A stretch of 64,000 nucleotides of DNA, filler included, from Sphacelaria rigidula (taxonomy: Eukaryota), in assembly GCA_964200075.2 (NCBI GenBank). It is 9 parts of 9 records of this genome, joined end to end, with 100 filler letters (N's around TTAATTAATTAA, not from the genome) between each part and the next. Parts side by side here need not be neighbours in the genome. Positions count along the whole stretch, not along the records: positions 1 to 7,024 come from CAXNAA020016903.1; positions 7,125 to 14,147 come from CAXNAA020016904.1; 7 more parts are not named here. The stretch is one strand, 5' to 3'. The notes under the pieces are model-generated. The model worked only from the letters and a program-made list of their open reading frames with translations. It had not been told where the DNA came from and made no database searches. Position numbers and translations under genes: made by a program. Below, piece after piece: positions 1-12,540 of the stretch. Position 1 is the first letter of the stretch. Each line of letters opens with the position of its first letter.

Positions 1-65
1 TTTTAATCCTCCGGGTTCTCATCCTCAATGAAAAGCACCATCCTCAACATAGATGATCGGCTGTT

Positions 66-344
66 TAGAGGTGCACTTTTTGCGCCAATTTTTGTCTGGT
101 TCAGGGGCTCCAAACGATTCTAGACGCACAAGAATGTGGGTCAGGGCATCCCCGTTTGCAGATTCATGCGGGATATCCCCAGCACATTAATCTATATATA
201 TATATATATATATATTAGCACATTGGGATAGTAATCCTGGCGTACTTTCACATATTTTCTTAAGTCGTGTTTTGGATGAGATGAAGGGCCCCTAACAATT
301 CTAGCCTCAGAAAATATTTGCGTGCACCTACCGTAGCATCACTC
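66..344 (+). mobile_element. Sola-like MITE copy (left end eroded, internal (TA)n expansion)
   Basis: Internal sequence matches 59414-59669 and ends in the TIR GTGCACCTACCGTAGCATCACTC. Confidence 0.7.
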
Positions 345-3300
345 AGATATGGGTTGATCCCTTGAGACCACGGATTCATCCCGAGGAAGGGGAAGGGTCC
401 AAAGTGTGAGAGAAAAAAATACCACACCCTTGAGGTAAATCTGTATAATCTGGACAAATTCTTCCTATATCCACAGATATCTGGAGCGATATCGGGTGCG
501 ATCTCGGATACGCATAGGATAGTCCAAATATCCGGATATGATATTTCTTACGCGAGATTGCAGATAATGCGAGATTTTTTCACCCAACATATCTATATCC
601 TATTGGGGCCATTTTCAGACCCAATACCGAGCTCTACTTATTATACTTGTTGGCGCCTACAGCGCCAAATACTCGTCTTTCTCGAGGTAACCGAGAAGCG
701 GCCGTCCGCGGGACCCGCAGTGCTCGATGAAGCGGCTGGTGGTGTTGCGATGGAGGTGGCAGTGGCGGTGGCAGTGGCGGTAGCCCGCGGTGCAGTAGTA
801 GAGGCGCTGACGGTGGTGACATTAGTTTGTTCGATGTGTTTACGGACCCTCAACCTTGTCCGATGCCGCTGGCAATAATAATATTTTAATCCTTGGCATC
901 TCTTGAGTTAATCCTCGTTTATTTTGTTTCTATACGCGGCCTCCTGCATACGCCAGCGGCCAGAAGTAAAGCAGTCGGCCCATTTTTTCCCCCTCCGTGA
1001 GAAGGGAGGAGGGGGGGAGGGGGGATGCACTCATCATGATCATGCGCGAGGGGGGGATGGAAACCCGGAAGAATAGGCGCAAGACGCAAGAATGTGCAAG
1101 AATAGCTCTTCGTTTTCGCTTCATCATTGATAGACTGTACCTTCGCCTCGTTTGAAAGGATGTCATCACGTTGTCAGGAAAGTTTACAATGACAACAGGC
1201 AACATTCGTGAAAATTCCGCCGACAACGATACAACTAGGTCGATGTCGGCCTAAAGTTGGTCAAATTTGACCCACAATTTTCTTCCATATTACCACCTCC
1301 GATTTTTTTACATTATTTTGGCCATGAGCATCTCCGCGAATACATCGTTGTAGCGAAGAAAACTAAAACATCGCACACCATTCCGTTCAAAATATACGAT
1401 CCGCGCGCCATAACCGATTTTCCTCCTGTGTCGGCGGAAGTACAACTTGTGGTCAAAGAAGACACGAATCTTGTGAGGTATGCGTGGTAGACGCATGTGA
1501 GCAATAGCATCGCCCCTTACGATACGAAGGCCCACAAATAAATGCGGAGGTAGTGCTCCGTATCACACACGCGGGAAGGGGGGATTTATTGTTGGAACAC
1601 AACACCGTGCACCCTATGTGTGTAGAATAGTCGAGGCTGGCCTTTACCTGAGTACGGAGGCGCTCTCCCAACACTCCGGGGATGGTTGGATGATGCATTT
1701 GCCGGTGAAATACGTGTTTTTTTGTCTCTGTGAGCAACATAACTCGACACGGTACATCCTACAGAGCACAACCTGTCAATTTCCTCTTCCCGTCTTGCCC
1801 TTGGAATCCCTCATATGGCGGGACTGTTGCGTAGCATACATCGTGCCCGCAGAGTCATAGATGGGGCGTGACTCCAGGCATCCGCCAGCATGGTCTCAGC
1901 GAACCATACATCCGTGGGGAAGGAAAACAAAATGGCTGGCCCAGCCGAAATGTGTCCTCCATTCATCTCTTCAACAATTTTACCCTGAGTGCTGCCTGCG
2001 CCGTCGACAGTTCGGACCTGTCTCTCCCATAATATCCCTCGCCGCAGCCTCCAACCCGTAGCCATCACACGAACAGCAGCGATCTATATCTTACGTGCTG
2101 GCACCACGACAGTGTGAGCCCCGGCGTCGTTCGATAGCGGGCGATGACGTGCGCCTGCAACCCCACCATCACACAACACGCGACGCCCAGCGAACAAACA
2201 CTGTGTCGCCGACTCCGTCAATACTGCCGAAAAACTCCACATCAAATAACCGAACCATCTGGTCAAACACGTGCAACAAATTTATTGAGCATCATGGGAA
2301 CAAAACGGGGACGCTGTCTGGCGCCATGCCGAGGTTATGAACGTCATCTGCGACCCCCTTCGTTGCTCACACTTACGGTTACCTGACGGGAAAAGTATAA
2401 CCGACGGCAAGCACGAGACAGTGCAGGCGAACGGTTCAACGGGTGGAGGTCGTGTGGAAATAATGTCTGACGGTCGTTAGACAAGAGGAGGGCACCGACA
2501 TTGCCGCCGTCGCCACGCCATCGGAAAAACAGCGAAATCATGTCACAGCTTCCCCACCAGGAGTCCTTACAACAATGCTGCTGTTCGCGTTCTCTACCGT
2601 TCGGCGTGATCGGTCCTCCAGTCGCACTGCCTTTCAATTACATACCCCTATATCGCCGTAAGCACATGTCGCAAGTGTTCTGTCCACGCATCGCCCCACC
2701 CCGCGAGTACATCGGATTTATCATGACTAGCACTATATGTATGCAAGTGTACAAGCGCACATTTGGAGTGTGACTCATCTTCACCGATGTGAAGTGGAGA
2801 TTTTGTGTACATTGTTGTTGATTGACATGTTTGCCACATGGTCTTTTTTTGTCGCGGCACAGCTCTACCCAGGAAACTAACTTTGCACGTACGGACATGG
2901 CGATCGGTCAATCACAATTCCTGTCACCGTAGCCGGTCAGTGCAACGTCGAGGTTCGTCCAAAGCCCTTCGTTTCGGTTCCCGAGATCATGCATGCGTCA
3001 TCCCGAATATTTTGCCGGCGACATTCAGTGTTCCGGACCAACGCCGACGAAATGGTTTAACGGCTCGAGCACCACGACCGCGTGTGTATTCTACATCGAA
3101 ATGAACGATCCCGTACAGGTGTCAACGTATACGTCCAGGAGTGCTACCTTGGAGAAATATGCAGCAAGGTGATATGAGAAAATATCAATACTCCGTGCAG
3201 TAATGACTTTTGCTCCGATATCTGCATCGGGTTAGCCAGTACACCCCCAAGTCTCAAAATGCGGTATGAACGCTGGCGCACAAAACCCTGCCGGACACCT

Positions 3301-3466
3301 TCCGTAGCGAACGAATCACTGGAATACTCGATGTTTTGTGGAAAGTACTGTGCCGTCTCGCAGAAGTGTTGCTGCGTGGCATGGTCCTTCAGCACAAACA
3401 GTTCAACATTATTAGCCTGGACTTATGTGGTGAGCCCACCCGTTGCAACCGGTGCCAGGGGTTGGC

Positions 3467-3723
3467 AAGTCATGCGACGGTAAAGGGTGCACATTTGGGC
3501 CCAGATCATTCTCACTTTCAGGCTACTACAAACAAAAGGTACACACAACGTGGTTCAGGAAATTTCCGTCGCAATATCCATTCGAGACATCCCTGGCCCA
3601 TCACATTTCTGGTGGTGGCGTATTCTTGTGTTATGCTCCAGTCTACCTTTTTGGATGAGATAAAGGGTTCCTACAAATTCAAACCTCACAAATATTTAAT
3701 ACACCCCTACCGCGGCATTACTC
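3467..3723 (+). mobile_element. Sola-like MITE copy (diverged)
   Basis: 257 bp with degenerate TIRs (AAGTCATGCGACGGTAAAGGGTGCA ... CACCCCTACCGCGGCATTACTC). Flanks TGGC/TGAC match at 3 of 4 bases. Confidence 0.65.
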
Positions 3724-6159
3724 TGACAGTCTTTCGACACAGCATTCATATGTCTGCGAGATCGACATAAAGGCACGAGTAAAGCTAACGATACCTCTGC
3801 ACAGCACCTTACCTTCATCACGGCACCGCACCGTCGCCTCCCCTTCAGAAAGCACCTGACGTCAATTTCACTTCCACTCCATCACCCGAGTAGAACCTGG
3901 TCCAAATATCGCGCCCTCATGTCTCCGTTGCCGCCCCCCTCACAGTTACAAGACGTTTCCGTTGACTGGCTGCTACCAGATTTGGATCCAGCATCTTCAC
4001 TGGTCGATTCCTGCGCGCTATTGCTATCCTTCGCCCCGGTGTCATCACACAGCTCTAGCCCGGACCCTTCTGAGAAGAACCCTTCGGTGAGTAACCCTTC
4101 GGTAAGTAACCCTTGAGTGAGTAACGCATGATGAGTCGGTAACTACTCAAAGAATGGCTTTGGCTGACCTGGAGATAAGTTGCGAACGCCGCCGGGTGCA
4201 GACGGTGTCATGAAATTCCCAACAATCGGGGCCGCTAACGTAACCGTTGTCGACGGCGGTGAGCAGCACACAACAGTACGCTGTGACCGAAGCCACTCAT
4301 ACAGTGCAGTAGAGGGTACTAAAGGGATATAGCACAGGGCATTAATGTGATGGACACCAAAATACAGTACAGTACAGCACACGAGTGCACATGGCGGTAC
4401 CCGACAGTGGCATGATACCGGACCGCGCACGACAGTTTACAGTGCAGTGCACCAGAGTAGAACCGTCGACGAGCTGGGCCAGCTTAAAAGCTGCTAAAAC
4501 TTGCTCACACCACAGCTTCCCCAGTTTCCCGAATGAACCCGATGTAAGCATATCACTATGAAGTGTAGACCAGCCTGGTGACACGGCACCACCGCTGAAT
4601 GAAAATAAATGAAAAACATGTACTGCATAATGTATAACCTTAACGACGGACGAAAAAAAAGAGAATCTATCAGGATTCGAACTCATGACCTCCATAATTG
4701 GAGTCTCCCATCACTTGATTTATAGGGGTGCAGTAGCGTCACGGAAAATGTTGAACGCACGGACCAATTCGACGAGTCTTGAGCTAAAATTTCAGGAAAA
4801 CCTTCTGCACCCAAGGAACTGATACTTCACGGGTCCAGCTACCGATTCTCCTTTTTTTTTTCTGGACTCATGGCATTATCTTGTTTCTGCTGAAATTTCA
4901 AATGCCCATAACTTTTTTGTTTTTTTATTTATTCATTTGCTAGACCCGTGATCTTCTGCATTTTTGATAATGAAAATCGGCTGTCAAACGTTCAGCGTCC
5001 AACTCCTAATATCGCGCCGTGCGTCGCCTGAGCGAGAATCACACCTAGTCTTGGCTGGCCCAGCTCGTAGTGCCTTGCTGAACGGCAGAGTGCAGTACCG
5101 TTCAGTACAAACGACTACGTACAGTACTCGACCGCGTGCGACAATCTCTAGTGCGTAGCAATCAACTGGGCTACAGTCCACTACAGTACACGACACTGTT
5201 GGGCAACACGCAACAGCGTATTCTGCGTTGTCATTGCAGACGATCCCGTACGTGATCGTGGGCCACCCTAGTCAGTACAGGGCAGAACAACACGATACGC
5301 TCGAATGCAGCACACGACCGCAGCGGCTCAACTATACGGTGTGTTGTGTACTGTCGTCCAACAGTGCACCGTAGTGGATCGTGCACCGCGCTTTCTACTA
5401 CATTTCGGCACACCACACAACACTCCAGTACACAACAAAACAGCACAGGCCAGTACGCAACAGTGAGCTGCCTCTTCCTATCCCATCATACACCGTACTG
5501 GACCGTGCCAAACAGCGTACAGTATCGTGCGGTACAATTACCTTAGCACTGGTGTACTCTAGCAGCGAGACACCATGACAGGGATGTGTGGATCATCTAT
5601 GACTATACTGGAATTAGTGTAAAATTCACAGCCGTGGTCTTGCACCAGACATACTTGCAGTCAATCCACTCGATAATTGTGTTCCATGAATAAATCGGGC
5701 AATTTGTTTTTCAGATAATGGACTCTATGGATAATAAGCTGCCTCATAGGCATCGTGCGGCCCACGCCCTCGTGGTGTGTCCCCCACCCGTCTGCGTACG
5801 CTCACGTACCATCGCGGCCACGAGAAACCTATACACAGCAACAACGTTCAGACCGCCCAAGGCGTCAACTAATTTCCTTTTCATTCAGAAATCGCCACCG
5901 GCAGTCTGCCTCGAGCACAGCTTTCCATAGATGCCGCGTGTTGGACGTGTGCTCCCTTGTGTAGGGTTCTCCACCCGGATGAGCTGATAGTACTTTGCGG
6001 CTGATGCTAGCTCATTCGTGTACAATGGTTCTTGTATGCGAGCGTGTTCCGAACGAAATATCTTTTTTTCTATCGGCGCAGGACTTGCATCAGCCGGAGT
6101 CATCCTTCAAGAGGAACGCTAGCACAAGACTTTATTATTACTTTTTTAGGTCAACTCTT

Positions 6160-6815
6160 GTGGGAGACGTTGGAAAATCATCTTGAAAACGGCCTCTGGG
6201 CCCTCTTCTCTGTCGATTTACGCCCGAAAAGAAGAGGGCTACGGTAGATGGACGTTAACACCTCGGAATGGCTTGCTCTACCCATTAAGAGCGTTCCAGG
6301 TAACTTTTGCAATTCCCGCTGGCCGCAGTTTTTTTTTTGGACAAAAGTGCATTTTCAATGAACAACGGATGGGAGCCGTTGGAAAATCCTGTTGAAAACT
6401 GCCTTTGGGCCCTCTTCTCCTTCGATGTAAGCCCGAAAAGAGGGCTAGGCGAATGTTGACGCCTTGGAATGACTTGCTCTTTTTGTCGAGACCGTTCCAG
6501 GTAACGTTGCATTTCCCGCTGACTGCAGTTTTGGTTTCGGCGGAACACGCGTGTTCAATGAAAAACGGTCGTGTGATCAAAATACTGGCAGTTTCCCCTC
6601 TGTTTTTTCATCACCTGGTCGTTTTTTTATTGAAAATGCGTGTTCAATAATGAACCTGTGCCCAGCGGGAAATATAAAGTTGCCCTAGAACGATCTCAAC
6701 GAGTAGAGCCAGTGATTCCAAGGCTTCAACATCCGCCTAGCCCGCCTGCCAGGCGTAAAACGACGGAGAAGGGCCCAAAAGGCAGTCAGTTCCCAACAGG
6801 GATTTTGAATGCTCC
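6160..6815. repeat. Cluster of ~200-bp interspersed repeat units (two direct, one inverted), related to the 58271-58750 fold-back and to 53225-53575
   Basis: Shared ...ACACCTTGGAATGACTTGCTC...GTTCCAGGTAAC...TTTCCCGCT core; inverted copy at about 6640-6810. Confidence 0.65.
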
Positions 6816-7024
6816 CATTAGAGTTAACAGCCGATCCTAATTTTTAGGGTTGAAATAAAAAATGAGGTTGAAGTCCCATTTCTCTATTGCAGGAAAGATA
6901 CGAAAGAGTAAGACAGAGCGAAAGTATCTTCCTTCCTAAACCTCCGCAGCAGGAGTTACCCGTTAGATCGCGAGAGTAGGTCACCTGCTGAAAACAGCCG
7001 ATCATCTATGTTGAGGATGGTGCT

Positions 7025-7124
7025 NNNNNNNNNNNNNNNNNNNNNNNNNNNNNNNNNNNNNNNNNNNNTTAATTAATTAANNNNNNNNNNNNNNNNNNNN
7101 NNNNNNNNNNNNNNNNNNNNNNNN
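7025..7124. other. Artificial contig linker (N44-TTAATTAATTAA-N44); also at 14148-14247, 21271-21370, 28394-28493, 35517-35616, 42640-42739, 49763-49862, 56886-56985
   Basis: Identical 100-bp spacer with stop codons in all six frames, recurring every 7123 bp. Confidence 0.98.
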
Positions 7125-8566
7125 GCACTTTGCAGAGTTCGGCCTCAGTTTTCTCGCCCCTTTGAGCGATTCGAATGAAATCCCGGTATACCCGAGGTTT
7201 TTGTGCTCCAACATTTGTTTGTTCACCGCGCAGTGCCGAAGAAAATGATCCCAGCTGAGCTGCCACAGGCCTTAATGTTATTCCACCCTACTGTGGTATT
7301 GCAACAATCAGTTGAGGGTAACATCGTAGCATCAGTCGCCGGCTTGAAGCCGCACCAGAAACTGAGTCCCATATGCCGTCCATATCTTGTGAAAGCAGGA
7401 CCTTAAGCAGTTCGGGGCACCTCCAGGAGATTTCATAAGAGAGAAGCCATCGCTCATATCCGTTCAACGACAAAACCGGAGCGCGTTGTTTGAAGTGGTC
7501 TACGCCAAAGACTTCAACCTGTCCTCAGACTGCGCCCGGGTCCTTCAGAAACAACAAATCACCGAGCGTTGAAGATGTCATGACTTACTTGCACGACGTA
7601 CATATATGTGCGTGTGTGCCTTTCTGTTCGGTGAAAAGCGAAGGGACCAAGCATGCAGCACGGCATGCGATATATTGAGACATCTCTATACAGCGCGACA
7701 AGCGCGAGCAAGGCATACTTACACATGTGTCCTGTGTTTTTCATGCACGTCATATTTGCCCGCATCCCCGTCATTTTGGCGGAGACAGATATGGAAGGGT
7801 TGAGACAGTCATGGACGCCGTGACAGAGCCCGATCACGACGGGATACCGGTCCGGATATACGACTTCCTGACCCATGACAAGGTGAGGGAGATATGCCAT
7901 GGACAACACACGGCAAAGAGATAGTCGAAGGTGGGGTATATCAGTGGCTGTCGGGAAAACTGCCGGGTTGCCGCGCACCTGAGCCTCTTCGGCAACCCAT
8001 ATAATCGCAGTTGGTGCTGAAAGCTGCAGGGAAAAGTCGGATCTTAGTTACGTATGTATCTGCCTCCGGAGACACTTTCTCTCGCAGGTGCAGTTGCGCA
8101 ATGTCCCCAGTTATGGAAACCAACCTCGTGTGTGCACCTCCCGAGTAAGCGGTAGTTCTTTCAGGGCAGCTTCAGTTGGTTGTGCGCACATGCGTCCAAC
8201 CCAGTTTGTGAAACCACCAGTACGACGTACTTACGGACGATCTTTATGTCGTTTGTATATACCTTTGGATGACCTTCCTCCTACAGCGGCAGACGCTCAA
8301 TTTCCCTGGTTTGCGAAACCAAACTCATATATGCGCCCCCCGTAATAGATCTAGTCCTTCCAGCGCAGCTTCAGCTGTTTTCGCTTATGTGCCTTTGACC
8401 TGGTTTGTGGAGCCACCCGTACGATCTACTCAAGGACCATCTGTTTTCTCTTTCGAGAGCCTGAGATGCAGTCTTCCGTTTGTCGGTCCCCTGCAGTCAT
8501 ATTGCCTTTCGAGACGACACATAGTGAACACTAAGCACCCTCTTGCGAATTGTCGTCTTGTTTCTC

Positions 8567-11500
8567 ACGGAGTCCATCCTACTTCCTCGTCCTCCGTTGC
8601 AGAAGCCCTGCATGAGCTCCACGATCGGGGTTTTGGTACCCACCATCGAACAGGCCTGCACGAGGGTGGAGATAGCCATTCCAACCCAGCTCGAAAGCGT
8701 GCTGGGTGACATGAAGTGGAAAGAGAAACTGTGGTCGACCCCAGGTGGGAGAATAGCGCCCAAGGTATCGACGAACGAGGTATGGCGTTCCCTCAACGAC
8801 TACCTGAAGAAATATCTCATGCAATGTGCGCTCACGTCACCTGTAGGGGAAGCTCTCAAAAGCGAACCACCGAAAATGAACTACCAGGTGACGTTGGTTT
8901 TCGCCTTGGCTTTCCGCATTCGAAAATATCCGCGTGAGGCGAGTCGCATATGAGGAGAAAGAGGGAATCAAGCGTGCCGTTGAGAGCATACTTTCCGTGA
9001 TACAGCTGGGGGGGACGATCCTTCCCGATAGCTGGGGCAGATTGAACTCCCTGGGTACAGTTGCAAGTTCACTTACATAAATCTTGGCACGTGGAGCCGC
9101 CTCGATTCGCCTAAGGAGGCGCAGATTGTTGCTGACGTGCATACGGTGCTAATCCGCGACAACGCTAGCGAAAACAGAGGCCAAGACGTCGGGCTAGTTG
9201 TGATCGCGCGCAAAGCACCAATCCCATGGAAGAGGGCTTTTCCGTCGGATGGGCTGTTCGGTCTCGGTAACATTATGGTCTAGATCCTTGATCCACGACG
9301 TACAGCAGGCGAGTGGCGGGCGAGGGTCGACGGTTCAAGGTGTGCTCAGGCAAACTCAGACACGGACACCAACGAGTGGTTCCCTTTCCGACCATCACAG
9401 CTCTGAGGATGCCGATTGCTTCGTACATTGCGCGAAGCACGAGGGACCCATCGATTGGGACGCTCAGAAGGTTATCGATGAAGAACGCTCGTAGTAATGC
9501 TGTCTTGATATTCTTGAGAATCATTTGAGGTATGGGTAGATCATCCTTGTGCGCCTCTCGAGGTATCCGACTTTCTCAGAGCCCCGGTCCTTGCGCACGG
9601 CATGTCTCCCGAGGGGACCTCTCTCTGATGTACGATTCGCACGCCCACGATGTGCGTCGAATGACGATGTCTGGGTAGGGCGGCTTAGAAGGGACCAGAC
9701 TGTTCCAGGGGGTGATCATTGGGTAGTTTTTCAATGGTGCTTCTAGCCATTTCTCGTATTAGGTGGTGTGTAGCGGGGGGTACGACAGGAGAGAGATCCC
9801 TCGCGGATCTTGCAGGTGAATGAACGACGGCGTCGACGAGCGTCTTGCCTTGTACCGCGGGTGATAGACACCGCTTAAATTCACTTCAAACGCTGTAGCA
9901 GCTATGTAGAGTACGACAATGAAGTAAATGAATGCGAAGCGGTCGAGGTAGCAATGCAGAGGCCGGTGCAAATGTGAAATGTATCAAATATAACTGGTGG
10001 AATAGCGGTACCCACTCGCATGCAGGTCGTCTCGTTCTACGGTGGCCGCCAGAAGAATCTAATGGGAACCGAGGTAAAACATGTCAAATGAGGTGCTTAC
10101 ACGCGTCGTGCGTTTCGTGGCGATGAGGCTAAGCGGCCCACTAAGCCGGTCCATGAAACCAGCTAAGGCTTCTTTGTAGTTTGTAATTCCTGGTATTATG
10201 AATCGAACGAACCAATATCGTCCATATTACAGTACACTGGTTTCCGAGTCATCACCCATCATCTCGATGCAGGGCATGGCCATTCCTTCGCGGAAGAAAT
10301 GCTGCCACATTGGGGGATCTATCGTAGCGGCAGTTGTTTTAGCCGAACCGATACATAGCCGGCACCGCGTCAAAAGGACAAACGCCGAGCACACGAGCAG
10401 CTGGGAACTCCCACGCTTGGCATAGTTTTGGCAATGTCGCCTGTAAGAGGTGCGCCATGCAGCCTGAAGCCAGCTTGATGCGCTATAAGGCCATTTCTTT
10501 TGCGACAATGTTTGAGATGGTTCACTATGCTGAAGTGATCGCTACAACCGATGAGCTTTTGTACTCTTCATTGTACCGCACTGTTATGGGCGCGCGTGAC
10601 CCCCCAAAATGGGCAAAAAAAGTGTCACCGACCAAAATCACGAACAGACACGAACAGACCGACTTCTGGGACTTATCCAGGCTCGTGGGATACAATTCGC
10701 CTTACGTTATCGAAGAGAACGGCATGGATCCAAAATTCATATCGAAAAAAAGTGAACTGCCGTCTAAAATCAGAACCCTACCGTTATTTCCGTCGTCCCT
10801 CATATATTATATGCCACTGCGTCGCCTTTCGTCCGCGCTTGCGATACCCTGGCATGCAAGGAGGCTGATTGGGTTAAACCAACCCAACGCACACCGAGAA
10901 CACTCGGGCAAGGGCGGTACATACATTCCCTGAAGAAAGTGAGGCCTTGGTAGACCCCAAATCGGCTTCTGTGGCGCAGATTTCAACGAAAATGCGTTGC
11001 GCGCACCCGAGGAGTACACGGGACCGTCAGCCCCACTAAAATTCCGATTCTCTTTGTACGCACTCAAATCAAGTAATATTAACCATGAACATTTGTAGCC
11101 CAACGCCGGTGAGTGAAACCAGGAACCTCAACCATTTCTGGGTGGATCAAAGTTGGGTCAACGTGATGTGCTCAACATGCGACGAAGTCATATGTACTGA
11201 TGAACTTCAACGAGGACGGCCCTTACACAGACGAGTGGAGCACAAATAGTCACCGGGTGTGTAATGTGGGCTGGGCGGGTGTTGGCCCATCACCTCGTCA
11301 TGGTTTGAGGAGCTTGATTTATCGTCTGCCATGATTCCACAACTTTTGTCGGACGAATGACTCGCGTTTCAAAGTGTATTTGTTGTTCCGTGGGCATGGA
11401 TTTTCATTTGATGAATATGATATTGATTAGCTCTTTGACCGCGACGGTTTGGTCACATGCTGAATCGGCATCATTTTTCACTTGAAAAAATTATGCATGG

Positions 11501-12540
11501 TCCAGATGGGCTACCCTCGCGGTGTAGGGGTTCATCGAACTCCAAAGATGTTGTTTTGCAAGAGGGAATGAAACAAACGGTCGTCCGTCACCCACCATTG
11601 CCGATACAACAGATGCGTGAATTAGGATGACTGGGTCCGCTGAAAGACATGATTGGGGCTTCGGTGCCATGTGGCTTCAGCGAAAGTGGGCCGATGACTT
11701 TGTGTCGTCTTGGCGCAGTGTACCTTTCCATTCGGGAGCGTGAGTCGGTCAATGTTGATCTTGGTGTGAAAACCGAAATCCGGATCTTTCATGGGGGATG
11801 TGCTCCTAGCATTCTCCTAGCGTCCCAGAACGCGTTCTTGTCTAATTCGGCGCCTGGGGAGCCGATTCGAGGTCTGGCAACGCACCCTTTGCCTACGAAA
11901 CAAGTTGCACCCGCCTTGCCCGATGGTTCTCGGTATGCCTTCGTTAGGGCCAGTGTTATAATCTGTTCTCTCCGCTGCTGCGGGGTCGCGAAGATGATTC
12001 TTGCTTCTGGGGGCTCGGTCGAAGGTTCAAATTCTGCAACATTCCACATATCCGACGTATCAACCATCTGCACTATCAAGAGTTATTCATGGGTGTCATC
12101 TATTCCGAGGCGGTTAGACGGGGGTGAGGTTTTCGTGCTTTGTGGAGACCGGCGAGGGTTTGAGGTGCGTCTTTGCGATCACAGCCCAATCTGTTTCAAA
12201 GAATACTCATCGCCACGGCCATCGATTGGGATGCGACTTTTTGCATCATCTGCGCCAAGACGACAGCTACAATTGCACTGGTTTATTTCATTAGGATGCG
12301 AGTTTTATGACGAATTGAGTGAAAAAAAACGTGGGTGTTTTGCGATTTTCTCGATCACCGTAACGTCTTAGGTAAAACCAACCAGTACAATTGTAGCTTG
12401 GACGAATACACGCCGATGAGTAGCCGAGCCACGCCGTGGTTCGTCCTCCGGAACAAGAAAGCATATAAAGCGTGGAATGGAAACCTTACTCAAATCACAA
12501 GTACTTTGAGGGATTTTGCGTCGTGCATAGTCAGAGGATG
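8567..12540 (+). pseudogene. Endogenous viral element: decayed Mononegavirales-like L (RdRp-capping-methyltransferase) gene
   Basis: Motifs co-linear across frameshifts: ILLPRPPLQKP (8576); WSRLDSPKEAQIVADVHTVLIRDNAS (9092); PMEEGFSVG/GLFG (9223, pre-A); VDGSRCAQA/LRH (9326, A); WVDHPCAP (9533); GGLEGTR (9679, B); CVAGGT (9767, eroded C); HRLNSLQTL (9869, D); LGTPT (10401, GxxT); AKKVSPTKITNRH (~10613, HR-like); VFVLCGDRRG (12129, SAM-binding). Recognised by eye; no database search was run. Confidence 0.7.

Noticed and set aside
558-878. GC-rich Ala/Val- or Thr/Ala-rich ORFs on both strands
   Set aside because: Openness is explained by GTGGC(A/G) low-complexity repeats; strand and frame cannot be resolved.
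4240-5580. Recurrent CAGTAC/AGTACA motifs
   Set aside because: Degenerate microsatellite-derived sequence with no regular repeat-spacer structure; not a CRISPR array.
9430-9530. HEGPIDWDAQKVIDEE resembles the C-terminus of a Penelope GIY-YIG endonuclease
   Set aside because: No GIY/YIG motif or RT nearby, and it lies between L motifs A and B, so a chance match is more likely.
11789-12079. Protein-like minus-strand ORF
   Set aside because: It is the antisense shadow of the 240-codon + strand frame that carries the methyltransferase-like motif.
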